Shown here: positions 12,003 to 23,693 of the stretch, in pieces
Numbering within the stretch: the first letter of the stretch is position 1
How the letters are laid out: each line of letters begins with the position of its first letter
DNA from: Octopus bimaculoides
Lineage: Eukaryota
Length of the DNA stretch: 48,833 nucleotides
Direction: 5' to 3'
NCBI RefSeq assembly: GCF_001194135.2
Contig: NC_068982.1
Coordinates: 131,995,132 to 132,043,964 of the forward strand
Position numbers and translations under genes: made by a program
Notes under the pieces: model-generated
What the model was told of the DNA's origin: nothing
The model's database searches: none
The model's input: the letters and a program-made list of their open reading frames with translations, nothing else

Positions 12003-12799
12003 TAGCAGAATTTATTCTTCTCTTGGCTCATATCACGTCTGTTCTTGAGAAAGGAACGAACGTCACATAATCTCATTTTCAAACTTTGGTACATTTTATT
12101 TACTATACCGATGTAAGAAACTGGTAACTGTCACATCAATTCCAAGTGTTTTATATAGTTGTGTTGAAGCAAAGAGCAAATCTAAAAGAATTACATCGAT
12201 ATGGACATTAAACTGACTTTGATAGACATTCAAAGTAATATGATACTGCATTATTTTCAAGTATTTATTCTTTTCAATATCAATAGCATTAAAATTTTTA
12301 TCGAATATTCATGAACTGGTCAACGATAACATTATTGTATTTATTTGAATATTATTTGAATTTGAATAAATGCTGTGATTTATAAAATAAATACAATAGC
12401 AATGCCGCCAGCGCCCCATAAAATAGCTTTATGCTATAAACTATAAAAAAGCAATAAAAGCCTGGACGCAATTCGTTCTTTGTTTAATAAATAACCGATA
12501 CGACGACACCAAAATGCAATTTTTATGTGTGTGTTACTGAAAATATGGGGTTTTGAAATCTTTTTAATTAGTCTTTGATGCTTTAATAGCTCCTCAGGCT
12601 TATTCATTCGGTGAAACAATTATAATACTTTTGCTCTTGTTATTGTAGCCGAGACTCATGGCAACGCAGTTGTGAATATTATCATTAGTTGTCACCATGC
12701 ATTAAATTTTGTATCCGTTAAGTTAGATTTCCTTCATCGGTGAGGAAATAGTTTGAACAATGTCTTATATTAAATTTGTTACTAAGATATCCTATATGA

Positions 12800-12945
12800 G
12801 TGTATTGGTTTCAAATTTTGGCAGAAGGCCAGCAAGTTCGTAGGGGATAAATCGATTACATCGGCCCCAGTAATCAACTCCGAAAGAATGAAAGGCAAAG
12901 TCGACCTCGGGGAATTTGAACTCAGCACGAAATGCCTACTCACCG
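12800..12945 (-). mobile_element. SINE family A copy
   Basis: Reverse complement of the family A body (GAAAGGCAAAGTCGACCTCGGGGAATTTGAACTCAG) and tail (GGTTTCAAATTTTGGCA). Confidence 0.75.
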
Positions 12946-13064
12946 CCTTTCTATATGTGTATATCGACTTTTGAATTTTAGTGTTGCTTTGCATTCTGTA
13001 ACAATGGAATTCAATGGTTTCTTGTACTTCTTAAACCGACAAAGAAAACTCCCTCAATGTTGAA

Positions 13065-13122
<58 letters not shown>

Positions 13123-13300
13123 GTGGGTGTATAGTAAATTTCATTTGTGTTATCTGGATGTTTCAGTCGGCGAGTGACACTAGCAGTTATTACAGATTTA
13201 CCACTTCAGCAATAATAATATGAAATATTCCCGCATCGACGAGATTGAATTAGGAATCGTAACACAGTGTCGAATTACGAGTTAGTGATGTTTATTTACA

Positions 13301-13650
13301 TATTAATATTTGTCCTTGATTCTGAATTGTGCATGTTTAGCTTTAAATTCAGATGCACATATCTCGGCTCAAGCAAAATTTTATTCATCGAAATAAATAC
13401 CATCAGAATCAATACATTTTTGCCAACGCGAAACATGTTTATTCATGTCAGTAGCGTAAAAATCCTGCGTTCTGGTGGCGATGAAGTTGAAGGCGTGTTT
13501 GGCATCGTCTTGGTGTTTGAAGCATTTCTCACGCAGGAAGTTGTCGAGATGCTTGAAAAAGTGGTAGTCGGTAGGCGAATGGTCTGGTGAGTATGGCGGA
13601 TAAGGCAGAGTTTCGTAGCCCAATATCTTTCACTCAATTTCCACATTAAT
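13301..13650 (-). mobile_element. 5'-truncated mariner relic (3' end with degenerate TIR), Hsmar1/cecropia-like
   Basis: Encodes the transposase C-terminus, followed by a 3' flank AATAAAATTTTGCTTGAGCCGAGATATG... resembling Hsmar1-type ends as I recall them and ending TAATA near 13301. Confidence 0.75.
13381..13623 (-). pseudogene. Mariner transposase C-terminal fragment
   Basis: ORF track: GYETLPYPPYSPDHSPTDYHFFKHLDNFL...SRWQKCIDSDGIYFDE, with the YSPD(L)SPTDY third-catalytic-Asp motif. Confidence 0.92.
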
Positions 13651-14019
13651 TTCCATGTAAAGTTCTCTCTTGCAAAATTTGGTGGCTGAATGAAGCTTAC
13701 AGTTTATTATGCTTGTAGCTCCTTAACTAGGCAGATCCTAATTGGTCAAGTCTGATGACATGGTTAAATATGAAAGATACGAAATGTGAATGCGCTCGAC
13801 TCGTGATTATATGGTCATTGATTTTATTTAATTTCGGTATCGAGCAGTGTATTGTATCCTTGAGAAAAGCTCTTCATTTTAGGCTGATGCAGTACGTTCC
13901 AGTTTATCGGCTAGCAAGTATGTGGATACCTTAAATAACCTGCAAAGGTAAGGTACATACTACAAGACCATACTCGCTCGCAAGTGACGACTGATTACGC
14001 TTCTGTGTGTGTGCTTGTT

Positions 14020-14024
<5 letters not shown>

Positions 14025-14095
<71 letters not shown>

Positions 14096-14101
14096 AGTGT
14101 G

Positions 14102-14142
<41 letters not shown>
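14025..14142. repeat. (TG)n then (GA)n microsatellite
   Basis: Directly visible. Confidence 0.95.
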
Positions 14143-14145
<3 letters not shown>

Positions 14146-14198
14146 CGTTTATGTGCTAACAATTCAAGTGTAGTGGTCGTTTGTAGGGACTGAAATAT

Positions 14199-14580
14199 CC
14201 TTTCTACTATAGGTCTGAAATTTTGGTGAGAGGGCCCTTGACGATTATATCGATCTCAGTGGTCAACTGGTACTTACCTCATCGACTTCGAAGAGGAGGG
14301 AAAGGAAAGATGATCTTGTGAACCAGAACTTAAAGATAGACGAAATACCGCTAAGGATTTCATCCGGCGTGCAAAGGGTTCTTTTCTACTCTAGGCACAA
14401 GGCCCGAAATTTTGGGGAGAGGGCCAGTCGATTAGATCGACCCCAGTACGCAACAGGTACTTAATTCATCGACCCCGAAAGGATAAAAGGAAAAGTCGAC
14501 CACGGCGGAAATTGAACTCAGAACGTAAAGACAGACGAAATACCGGTAAACATTACGCCCAGCGTACCAGCTCACCACCT
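14199..14580 (-). mobile_element. Two head-to-tail SINE family A copies (14381-14580 and 14199-14380)
   Basis: Both have reverse-complement body and CTTTCTACT tail; on the minus strand one tail joins directly to a truncated head at 14380/14381. Confidence 0.85.
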
Positions 14581-14961
14581 TGTCGGAATTGCAAAATGGG
14601 AATTAACTTGAGCATTTTCCTTCGATTCGGCAATATGTTTGTGAAAAATACATTTAGAATAAACTTAAATGTAAGGCTGTACAATGGTTTTATGTTCTTC
14701 CAAAGAAAGAAGCACTAATTTTTTTTGTCGTTATAATTTAAAGCTAAATCACGAAATATTAAATATCTGTTCATAATTTTGCATTTTCCAACCTTCTATA
14801 TTTTTCTAGCAAATTTTCATATCGCTGAATGTTGATATAACTGAATGTTGATATAACTTCTAAATTTATATCACACAGTGAATTGCATCAGTTTGTTGCA
14901 AAATTTCACACTTTTTAATACACTGTTTTTCTTTAAGGCGATATATATGTACACACAAGAA

Positions 14962-15634
14962 GGCAGCGAGCTGGCAGAAACGTTAGCACGCTAGTCGAAA
15001 TACTTAGCGGTATTTCGTCTGCCGTTACGTTCTGAGTTCAAATTCTGCCGACGTCGACTTTGGCTTTCATCCTTTCAGGGTCGATAAATTAAGTACCAGT
15101 TACGCACTGGGGTGGATGTAATCGACTTGATCCCTTTGTCTGTCCTTGTTTGTCCCCCCTATGTTTAGCCCCTTGTGGGCAATAAAGAAATAAGGAACGT
15201 TAGCACGCCGGGTGAAATGCTTAGCGGTATTTCGTCTGTCTTTGTGTTCTGAGTTCAAATTCCGCCGAGTTCGACTTTGCCTTTCATCCTTTCGGGGTCG
15301 ATAAATTAAGTACCAGTTGCTTACTGGGTCGATCTAATCGACTGGCCCCCTCCCCAAAAATTTCGGGCTTTATGTCCAGAGTAGAAAAGAATATATACAA
15401 ACAAGAAGTCGGCGAGCTGGTAGAAACGTTAGCATGCCGGGTGAATTGCTTAGCGGTAATTTGTCTGTCTTTACGTTCTGCGTTCAAATTCCGCCTAGGT
15501 CGACTTTGCTTTGCATCCTTTCGGAGATCGATGAATTAAGTACCAGTTGCGTACTGGATCGATCTAATCGACTGCACCCCTCCACCAAAAAAAAAAAAAA
15601 AAAAAATTCGGTCCTTGTGCCTGGAGTAGAAAAG
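14962..15634 (+). mobile_element. Three head-to-tail SINE family A copies (14962-15194, 15195-15389, 15411-15634)
   Basis: GGCGAGCTGG(C/T)AGAAACGTTAGCA head (copy 2 truncated to GAACGTTAGCA), GAGTTCAAATT B-box, shared central block, two alternative tails. Confidence 0.9.
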
Positions 15635-16134
15635 GATATATATACACAAGTTTTAACCAGAAGTTTTGTGAGAAAGAAGAGACTAAGGAATTCTTATACT
15701 ACTTCCCTAACAAACACATTTGACTGCTGACAGTTCCACTTCCTGGTGTTTTTAATAAGTACTGTGCAATGTTCCAGCTCACCGCTTTAAGCAGCGAGAA
15801 AGGAAAATATTAGGTAATTGGTGATTATTGAGTTAGTCGGCTGTGTTCAATATATTTTGTGCGTGGGTGAGAATGTGTTCGCGATGTATGTATGCATGGA
15901 TACACATACATACATTCATACAAGCATACATACGCACATACACATATACATATATGCATAGGTACAGAATTGCTTAATATGAGAGACACATTCTTTCATT
16001 TCTGTGTTCCTCTCTTAGGATAAGAATTTTACTCATATCAAGCAAATGAATACCTACTTTTGCCCAGCTCTATGTGTGTGTGTGGGGGGGAGTTATATGT
16101 GGGTGTGGGTGTGGGTGTTGTATATATATCCTTT

Positions 16135-16184
16135 TACTTGTTTATTCCTTAGACTGCGGCCATACTCTGACACGCCATATATAT

Positions 16185-16240
<56 letters not shown>

Positions 16241-16365
16241 TCATGTACGGCGGGCTTCTCTTCAGTTTCTGACTATCAAATCCGCTCACAAGGATCTGGT
16301 CGACCTCGGGCTATAGTAACCGGGAACAATGAGGCAGAAAGCAAACTTCTCACCACACACATACA
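16135..16365 (-). mobile_element. SINE family B, internally deleted copy with (TA)n core
   Basis: GACTGCGGCCAT tail remnant, (TA)n, then CGGGCTTCTCTTCAGTTTC..CTCACAAGG..CCTCGGGCTATAG..AAAGCAAACTTCT. Confidence 0.6.
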
Positions 16366-16400
16366 CACGGTGCGCGCACTCATGCACGCACATACATACA

Positions 16401-16436
<36 letters not shown>

Positions 16437-19400
16437 CCGCTCACGTTTTGGTATGCTGCTATATTTCATGTTGAGAACAATTTAGGTCTTAATAGACACA
16501 AGATGTGATCTATTTCTAGCGCATTAATTGTCCACGTTAGTGGTCGACGTTATTTTTTTAAAATATATATACATACAGATAGATAGATAGATAGATAGAT
16601 AGATGCCAATCAGCAGGAAGAAGTCGATATGAGATCATTGCAGTTAATTCTCTTTCGAATTTCTTTGCGAAGAATATGACATGTTTCAAAATTTTAATTA
16701 CATTTCTCCACAAATCTATATTTTCCTTTACATAACAATTAAAGAAATGTTTGCATAGACTATTCTAAGCATGTTTTATTTTACTCATTTATTTTCCACT
16801 CATCTCTTGATGTGCTACAGCGATAATGTTATCAGTTATAAACACTAAAACAATTGCCTCTAAACTATTTGTTATTTCAATCCACAAAGATCACATATCA
16901 ATTTAATCAGTCCTGCTAAGCATGCCAAACAAACGTTCTTTATTTTATCGACTTTCTAAGATGAAGCTTTAAAGGAAACCGTTGCATTGATTATTCTGTA
17001 TCTATTGAGAGGACGTTCATCTTTTAATACAATCTTTCGAAGATTAATGTTTATCGCGTCGCACGAAATTGTATTGTAAATTACATCGTATTGTAATAGT
17101 TTATAAGGTAGACAACATGTTGTCGTTGTTAATATTGTTGTTGTTATCTTGTAATCCAAGGTCATTCTTGTTCAAGTCATCCTGAGTAGATAGACGAGGT
17201 ATTTCACAAAGATCCCATTTCTCTATCTATACTAAACCAACATCTAGCAGAGAATTATCCTGGACACTCCAGCTGTAGTCATTCAACATAAAGGCTGCGG
17301 TGTGACAGTCTGGTCATACCGAAATTTCTCCACTATTCAGTCTATTTCTTTAAGACCGCAGATTTTAGCGGTGGACTTAGTGTAGGCAACAAAATAAACG
17401 CAATCAAAGTAACTCATGCAGTCCTTAACATTTATTATTGGTGGTACGAATCCCACCACAGTACTTGGAGCTGGCGATGCTATTGTTATTGCAGCTACTT
17501 TAAGTGCGTTTATATTTATCCATGTCTGAACTTCGTAGGTATTATAGTGTTCTTATGGTGTATTGTTCTTGTATTAGTGTTCTGTGGTGTTGTACATGAC
17601 TGAAGTAGTTTGTGAATAGCTTTTCATGTAATGACATAGACTATGGAAGTTGACTGTTGCTATATGTACCCTTTGTATGTTCAAGTTATTTTTAATTTTG
17701 TAGTATTTTTGTTTCGTTTTGTAGGTGGTTGTGTTCTTTGGAAAATCTGTAATCGTACATAGAGTGCTGTGTAATTTCATTTCGTTGTCAGAGTTCGTTC
17801 TGTTGACAAATTTGGTAAAACTTTAGACTATCTGACATATTGTTTAGAGTTATACTCAGCACATTATTATTTGAAGGCATATCGAAATCGACTTCGCTTT
17901 CCTTCTTATTCACATCTATTTCAAGTCTGTGCAATAATTACTTGTCGTAATATAACATCTGATTTATTGGTCTATATTCTTCCGCTACAATAATTGGTCT
18001 TGTGCCCAGTTGACAGAAGCCGATTGGATTGTAAATCAATTATCAATTGCTTTTACCATAATCAGGTAATCAAGCAGGTGTTATCATTTCACCACTGTGC
18101 TGGAGGATCTCCGTCGTTCGTTGGTGGGGATTCATTTGTTTGACCAACCGAATTATCTGCCCTTGAATTAACCTGTAAGTAGCTGAGTATTCCACTGACA
18201 TATGTACCGTTAGAGGTATTCTCAGCTAGAGCTAAACATGACAAAGACAAAGCTGCAGCCTTTTAAAATTACAGGTAGAAATCCACCCGATGGGATTCTA
18301 TACAGTTTCCGTCTACCCAGTTTCAGTCACAAAGAATGCGTCGACCCCTAGGTTACAGAAAATGACATTTACCGAAGATGCTAAGCAATGGGATCGAACC
18401 CTTGGTCGAAACCTTGATTTCAGCGTTGTTCTGTCCTTACCGTTGGTATACTATTTATTCACCGGTCATCATAAACTATATCTGCAGCAAACATTAACTC
18501 CGTGGAGATTTGAAAAGATCGAGACTTTTAGGAATTCCCGAAGAAAAATCGGACACCCATCCTTAAAATGTTTATTTTCTGCAAACTATCAAGTGCAGCC
18601 ATCTTGCCCTTCCCACGTTCCTTTCTGCTCACTTGTATCTGCAGATTGTGTAACATAGTACGGTAGAATACTTTACCTTTTTATTCTAAAAGGGATTAGT
18701 TATTAAGTTGATGTTATTTTTTATCACACAGACCTATAATTCTTGACGATCTTTTATTCTATATCAAAGAGTACATTGTCTCATGCATCTGTTTTGCTTT
18801 GCTTATTTTTTAACAAGATATGATTCAGGAACAATTCGCTTCTATTTGTAGCATTGTAGCAAGTCAAGTAAGAGCGTTGTGTAGGGATCACAGAAACCTC
18901 TTTGTCTCATAGAAGACATGAAATATTGTTGGACGTCATATAATTATCTTTTTTCTCTTACGACAAACAAAAAAAAAAACAAGCAAACAAAGAAAGAAAG
19001 AAAAAGAGCAAGAAACCGTTAAAGGTGAAGAATTTTCACAGTTGCTAGAGTGCTAGTAATCCGATTTAGTTTTTGGTGTTCCGGCTTTAAATCCTTCTGA
19101 AGATGAAAAATAAAATACAAATAAATAATAGTATGTGAATATTGGGTTGAAAAACTCTCTTAAATAGAAAAACATCGAAGGCTGTCCTTGTGACTCGAAC
19201 CTGCATCTCTTATAGCCATCAGAACGTGTGGGCTCGAGTTTTCTATCTAAAGGGGTTTTATAACCCAATATCTACATGCCATTATTTATAGCTTTGAAAA
19301 CTATAAATACGTACTTTGAATACCAATTCCAAAAAAAGAATTATTCCACGTTCTCTGACGTTAATAAAAATACTTATGTAAAACGGTAGACAAACGACAT

Positions 19401-19964
19401 CATTTGAGCATCGAATAGGTGCCTTGTGGTACTTGTTCCATTTCTTTGCATTCTGAAATCAAGTCCTGCCATGCTCCACTTAGCTGGTAGACTTAATCTG
19501 TGGCTTGGTGTAACACCACAAGCTGATCCTTGGATGCCTTTATTTACTCTTTTTGCAAGCATTTGGGCCAAGTTTTGGTTTCGAGGACACGTTCTCCCAA
19601 TAATGTTTCCCTATTTCACTTCTACCAGTTCTGAAGACTTTGTAACGGGTCATGAATATTGCTATTCCTTTTGATCAAGTGATAAAGATATAAAACATCA
19701 CTAGACATTTTTTGAGAAGTTGACATAGGCTTCACTTCTCTCAACCGTGATCCAAATCTATAATTCACCGGAGTTGAATTTCCTCTTCTCTCTTTCGGAG
19801 TGCAAACGTTGTTTGCAGCTCTAGCATTTTTCTTTACAATTTTCTGTTACAGACTTGTTTTGTATTGTTTTGTTTTTTTCCCTCTGATGTCAATGAAATG
19901 TGTGATATTTAATTACACGACCGATGTAGTCGACTTGACTTTATGTTCATGTGCCAATGTCAAT

Positions 19965-20016
<52 letters not shown>
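19965..20016. repeat. (TAC)n microsatellite
   Basis: Directly visible. Confidence 0.95.
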
Positions 20017-20064
20017 GGTGATGGTAATTTTATTAACGTCGCTGTTGCTATTCTTATTGTATTA

Positions 20065-21770
20065 GTGGATGGTTTGCCGCCCAGATATATGGAAACAAGT
20101 TCATGTTGAAATCATGGGTGGCTGTTAATGTCCCACTGGCCTAGAAGGGGTTTTCATCGTTTCATATTTAAGTGAAAGGATTGACTTCCGAAATTATCAC
20201 GGAATTTCCTTATATAAAATAGTCGAGAGGTATCTTACTCACTATAGACACAAGATTCTCAATAGATTGAGGGAGAAAATCCAAGTGGCTCTACCGAGAA
20301 TTCAAAGTTGGTTCAGACATGGAAGAAATACCGTGGATATAGGGTTCTGTCATCACCAGGCCCACGAGAAATATGTTGAAAGGGATTAGACACTCGATGT
20401 TGCCTGTGTTGGCTTAACGATAGCATTCTACACAGTAAACCGGTCGGGTCTGTAACAGATACTAAGAATGCTGACCTTTCAAGAAAGGTCTACTCGTGTG
20501 ATCAAATACCAACGTACTTTTATGAAAGCTCGGGTTATTCAGTTTAATCTCAGCTCTACATGGTTCGATTTTACAGTGGGAGTCGAGCAGCGCATTGTGC
20601 TAGCGTCGTTATTATATTTACTTTGTCAGCGATGCTCGAGGAGACGTTTTGAAAGTGTATATACATAAACGAGTTCTTATGCTAAAGTGTTTAAAGTGTT
20701 GCACTCCAAAGCTAAGACTAAGGCCACACTCGGGTTAAGGGCGTAAGTAGTAGAATCTGAGCCCGTAATTATAGAAGAGTTATAGCTGGTAGAGAGAAGG
20801 AAACCACTTAACCTATCTGAGAAAGACAATCAATAATGATGGTAGGCTCAGTTACAAATTAGATTTCTAAGTAAGCAAGCTCAGCTCAGCATTCAGAAGG
20901 TTAAGAAGAATAACTATAAGATAACAAGCATATTACGGTCCAAGTGAAGTGCAAAAGATATCGGGCAATATTTTCATTTACTCATTTATACAGATCGAAT
21001 GCATAGATATCATACTACTTTGTTTTTGGCACTCCGTCGCTTACGACGTTGGGGGTTCCAGTTGATACGATCAACGGAACTGCCTGCTCGTGAAATTAAC
21101 ATGCAAGTGGCTGAGCACTCCACAGACACGTGTACCCTTAACGTAGTTCTCGGGGATATTCAGCGTGACACAGAGTGTGACAAGGCTGGCCCTTTGAAAT
21201 ACAGGTACAACAGAAACAGGAAGAAAGAGTGAGCGAAAGTTGTGGTGAAAGAGTACAGCAGGATTCGCCACCATCCCCTGCCGGAGCCTCGTGGAACTTT
21301 AGGTGTTTTCGCTCAATAAACACTCACAACGCCCGGTCTGAGAATTGAAACCGCGATCTTATGACCGCGAGTCCGCTGCCCTAACCACTGGGCCATGGCG
21401 CCTCCACTATATCATACTGTAAACAGTTAACAAAAAATCATGCATTCGTAAAGAGATAACTGACATAGATAATAAAAACCAATTGGAAAGACAAGATTCG
21501 GGATACCTTCGTCATAGAAAAAGCCAAGTTCTTTACCAAGCGGTGAAACCTCCGTTGGCTTGACTATGTCCAAAGAATATAGAGAACTTAGTTACTGAGA
21601 CAAATGCTGTATTTTCAGCTGCCTAACGGTACAAGAAATCAGGGTACATCTCTGGAGAGAGACAAGGATATGGCTATATGCAACATGAGGTGATTAGATA
21701 TTGATACACACGGCTGGATCACAGCAGCTCAGGACAGAGACCCATGAAAGAGAGTGATTGCTATTTGATA
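20065..21770 (+). pseudogene. RTE-clade LINE reverse transcriptase / C-terminal ORF relic, interrupted by a SINE
   Basis: From 20171: SERIDFRNYHGISL..ILNRL..LPRIQSWFRHGRNTVDI..GLTIAFYTVNRSGL*QIL..MKARV..FTVGVEQRIVLA; then HLTYLRKTINNDGRL..VSKLSSAFRRL; after the SINE: NWKDKIRDT..LRWLDYVQRI..RQMLYFQLPNGTRNQG..IDTHGWITAAQDR. These are RTE/BovB-type motifs with many stops. Confidence 0.88.
21017..21408 (-). mobile_element. SINE family C, full length, with 10-bp TSD
   Basis: tRNA-like head on the minus strand (GGAGGCGCCATGGCCCAGTGGTTAGG..GGTTTCAATTC); ATATCATACT at 21007-21016 and 21409-21418; collinear with 45096-45481. Confidence 0.9.
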
Positions 21771-22079
21771 CTATCACTCGTGATTTTATATAAATGGATA
21801 GTCATCGTCGATATCGACGGACAACCTGTAATGATGATGATAGGAAAGGAATATTCACAAACGTATTCACAAACACCCGCAATTCACACATTCAACAACA
21901 CATCCGCCTACACCTACCTCCTCCCCCCACACACACACCTACATCCACCCACTCACACGCAATTACATAAACAAATAAACAAACACAAGCAGACTAAACT
22001 ACATAAACAAATATACGGTGTGTTTATGTAAATACACATACACATGCTTACACACACTCACGCACACCCGCAACACACA

Positions 22080-22192
<113 letters not shown>

Positions 22193-22627
22193 ATATATAC
22201 AAATAATACAAAGAAACAGATCTACTGTAGCTTATGTAGAAACACACAAATACATTGCCTCAGTGATTTGTTGGTACTGTTACTACTAATGTTGTTGTTA
22301 TTGTTGTTGTTAGTGGTAGTGGTGGTGTTAGGTGTGGTTGTAGTTTTTGTTCTGGTCAATATTCATATTGTTGACTCTCCTGGGAAACCATCGATCGAAA
22401 TCTATCTAGTCGGGTCACCCATTATTTGTTGTAACCATGGAAGACATTTTGTTTTAAAGGCAGGAAAATATTTGGTTACGCTACACTGAATAATAGTTTA
22501 TCGTTGCTTTTGTAGTTGGTCTATTTTTTGTTATTTTTGTTTTTGCTGCTGTTGTTATTACTGTAGTTCCTCTTATTGCAAGCACCTCAGCCATGACCAT
22601 CCTGTCATTTACTATATTATGAGCAGT

Positions 22628-22847
22628 AAGGCAGCGAGCTGGCAGAATCCTTGGCACGCGGGACAAAATGTTTAGCGGCATTTCGTCAGTTTTTTTAATG
22701 TTCTGAGTTCAAATTCCGCTGAAGTCGACTTTGCCTTTCTTCCTTTCAGGGTTGATAAAATAAGTACCAGTTGAGTACTGGGGTCGACGCAATTGACTTA
22801 CTCACTCCCAGCGAAATTGCTGGCCTTGTGCCAGAATTTGAAATCGT
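22628..22847 (+). mobile_element. SINE family A, full length, with 15-bp TSD (1 mismatch)
   Basis: TATA(T/C)TATGAGCAGT at 22613-22627 and 22848-22862. Confidence 0.88.
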
Positions 22848-22927
22848 TATACTATGAGCAGTTTCCAATGTGTTCTTTCTTTTTTAAAACTAGTTAGCTG
22901 TAATTTGATGGAATTATGGTCGATATT

Positions 22928-23141
22928 AAGGCGACGAGCTGGCAGAAACGCTAGCTCGCCGGGCGAAATGCATAGCAGTATTTCGTCTGTCTTTACGTTC
23001 TGAGTTCAAATTCCGCCGACGTCGACTTTGCCTTTTATCCTTTCGAGGTCGGTAAATTAAGTACCAGTTGCGTACTGGAGTCGATCTTATCTACTGGCCC
23101 CCTCCCCAAAAATTTCGGGTCTTGTGCCGAGAGTAGAAAAA
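22928..23141 (+). mobile_element. SINE family A, full length, with perfect 18-bp TSD
   Basis: GGAATTATGGTCGATATT at 22910-22927 and 23142-23159. Confidence 0.92.
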
Positions 23142-23164
23142 GGAATTATGGTCGATATTTATGC

Positions 23165-23335
23165 TCGAAGCCTCTTTGATGGAACAGACCTATGATCAAA
23201 GACGTTCAAGCTGTGACCATCCTCCTTGTTTTTCAGAGAGAGTGTACCTAGGACAACATAATCAAGGATCCGTTCTCTTTTAAAGCTGGTATGGTGAGAC
23301 GTAAGGGAGACATAGTTGCTATTTCTAGCATTCTT
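23165..23335. repeat. Unclassified repeat family F copy
   Basis: CAGACCTATGATCAAAGACGTTCAAGCTGTGACCATCC..GGACAACATAATC..GGGAGACATAGTTGCTATTTCTAGCA. Confidence 0.6.
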
Positions 23336-23429
23336 GTGCATGAGTGTATGTGTTTAACCATGCTTGTATATGTATGTGTGTGTCCAATTATGCCGAACGA
23401 CTTGTAAATGGGTAAAGATATTCTTTTAG

Positions 23430-23625
23430 GCTTTTACTCTTCTATCTGTTTCGGTCATTTGACTGCGGCCATGATGGAACACCGTTTTTAGTCGAACAAA
23501 TCGACCCCAGGATTTATTCTTTGTACGCTTAGTACTTTTTCTATCGGTCGCTTATGCTGAACCTCTATGTTACGGGGACGTAGACACCTGCATCGGTTGT
23601 CAAGTGATGCTTGCGGGACACACAC
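23430..23625 (-). mobile_element. SINE family B, 3' half (runs into microsatellite and gap)
   Basis: Reverse complement of the family B tail: GTCATTTGACTGCGGCCATG..TAGTCGAACAAATCGACCCCAG..ACGGGGACGT. Confidence 0.8.
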
Positions 23626-23655
23626 ACGCACATACATACATACATACATACATAC

Positions 23656-23693
<38 letters not shown>

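Noticed and set aside
13750-13790. CTGATGA...GAAA hammerhead candidate
   Set aside because: No credible stem II, stem III or stem I pairing.
14825-14858. 16-bp tandem duplication (similar one at about 43495-43525)
   Set aside because: Ordinary slippage-type micro-duplication with no further structure.
19374-19674. Overlapping 65-82 aa ORFs as a host gene exon
   Set aside because: No recognisable domain or splice signals; at best a decayed LINE fragment.
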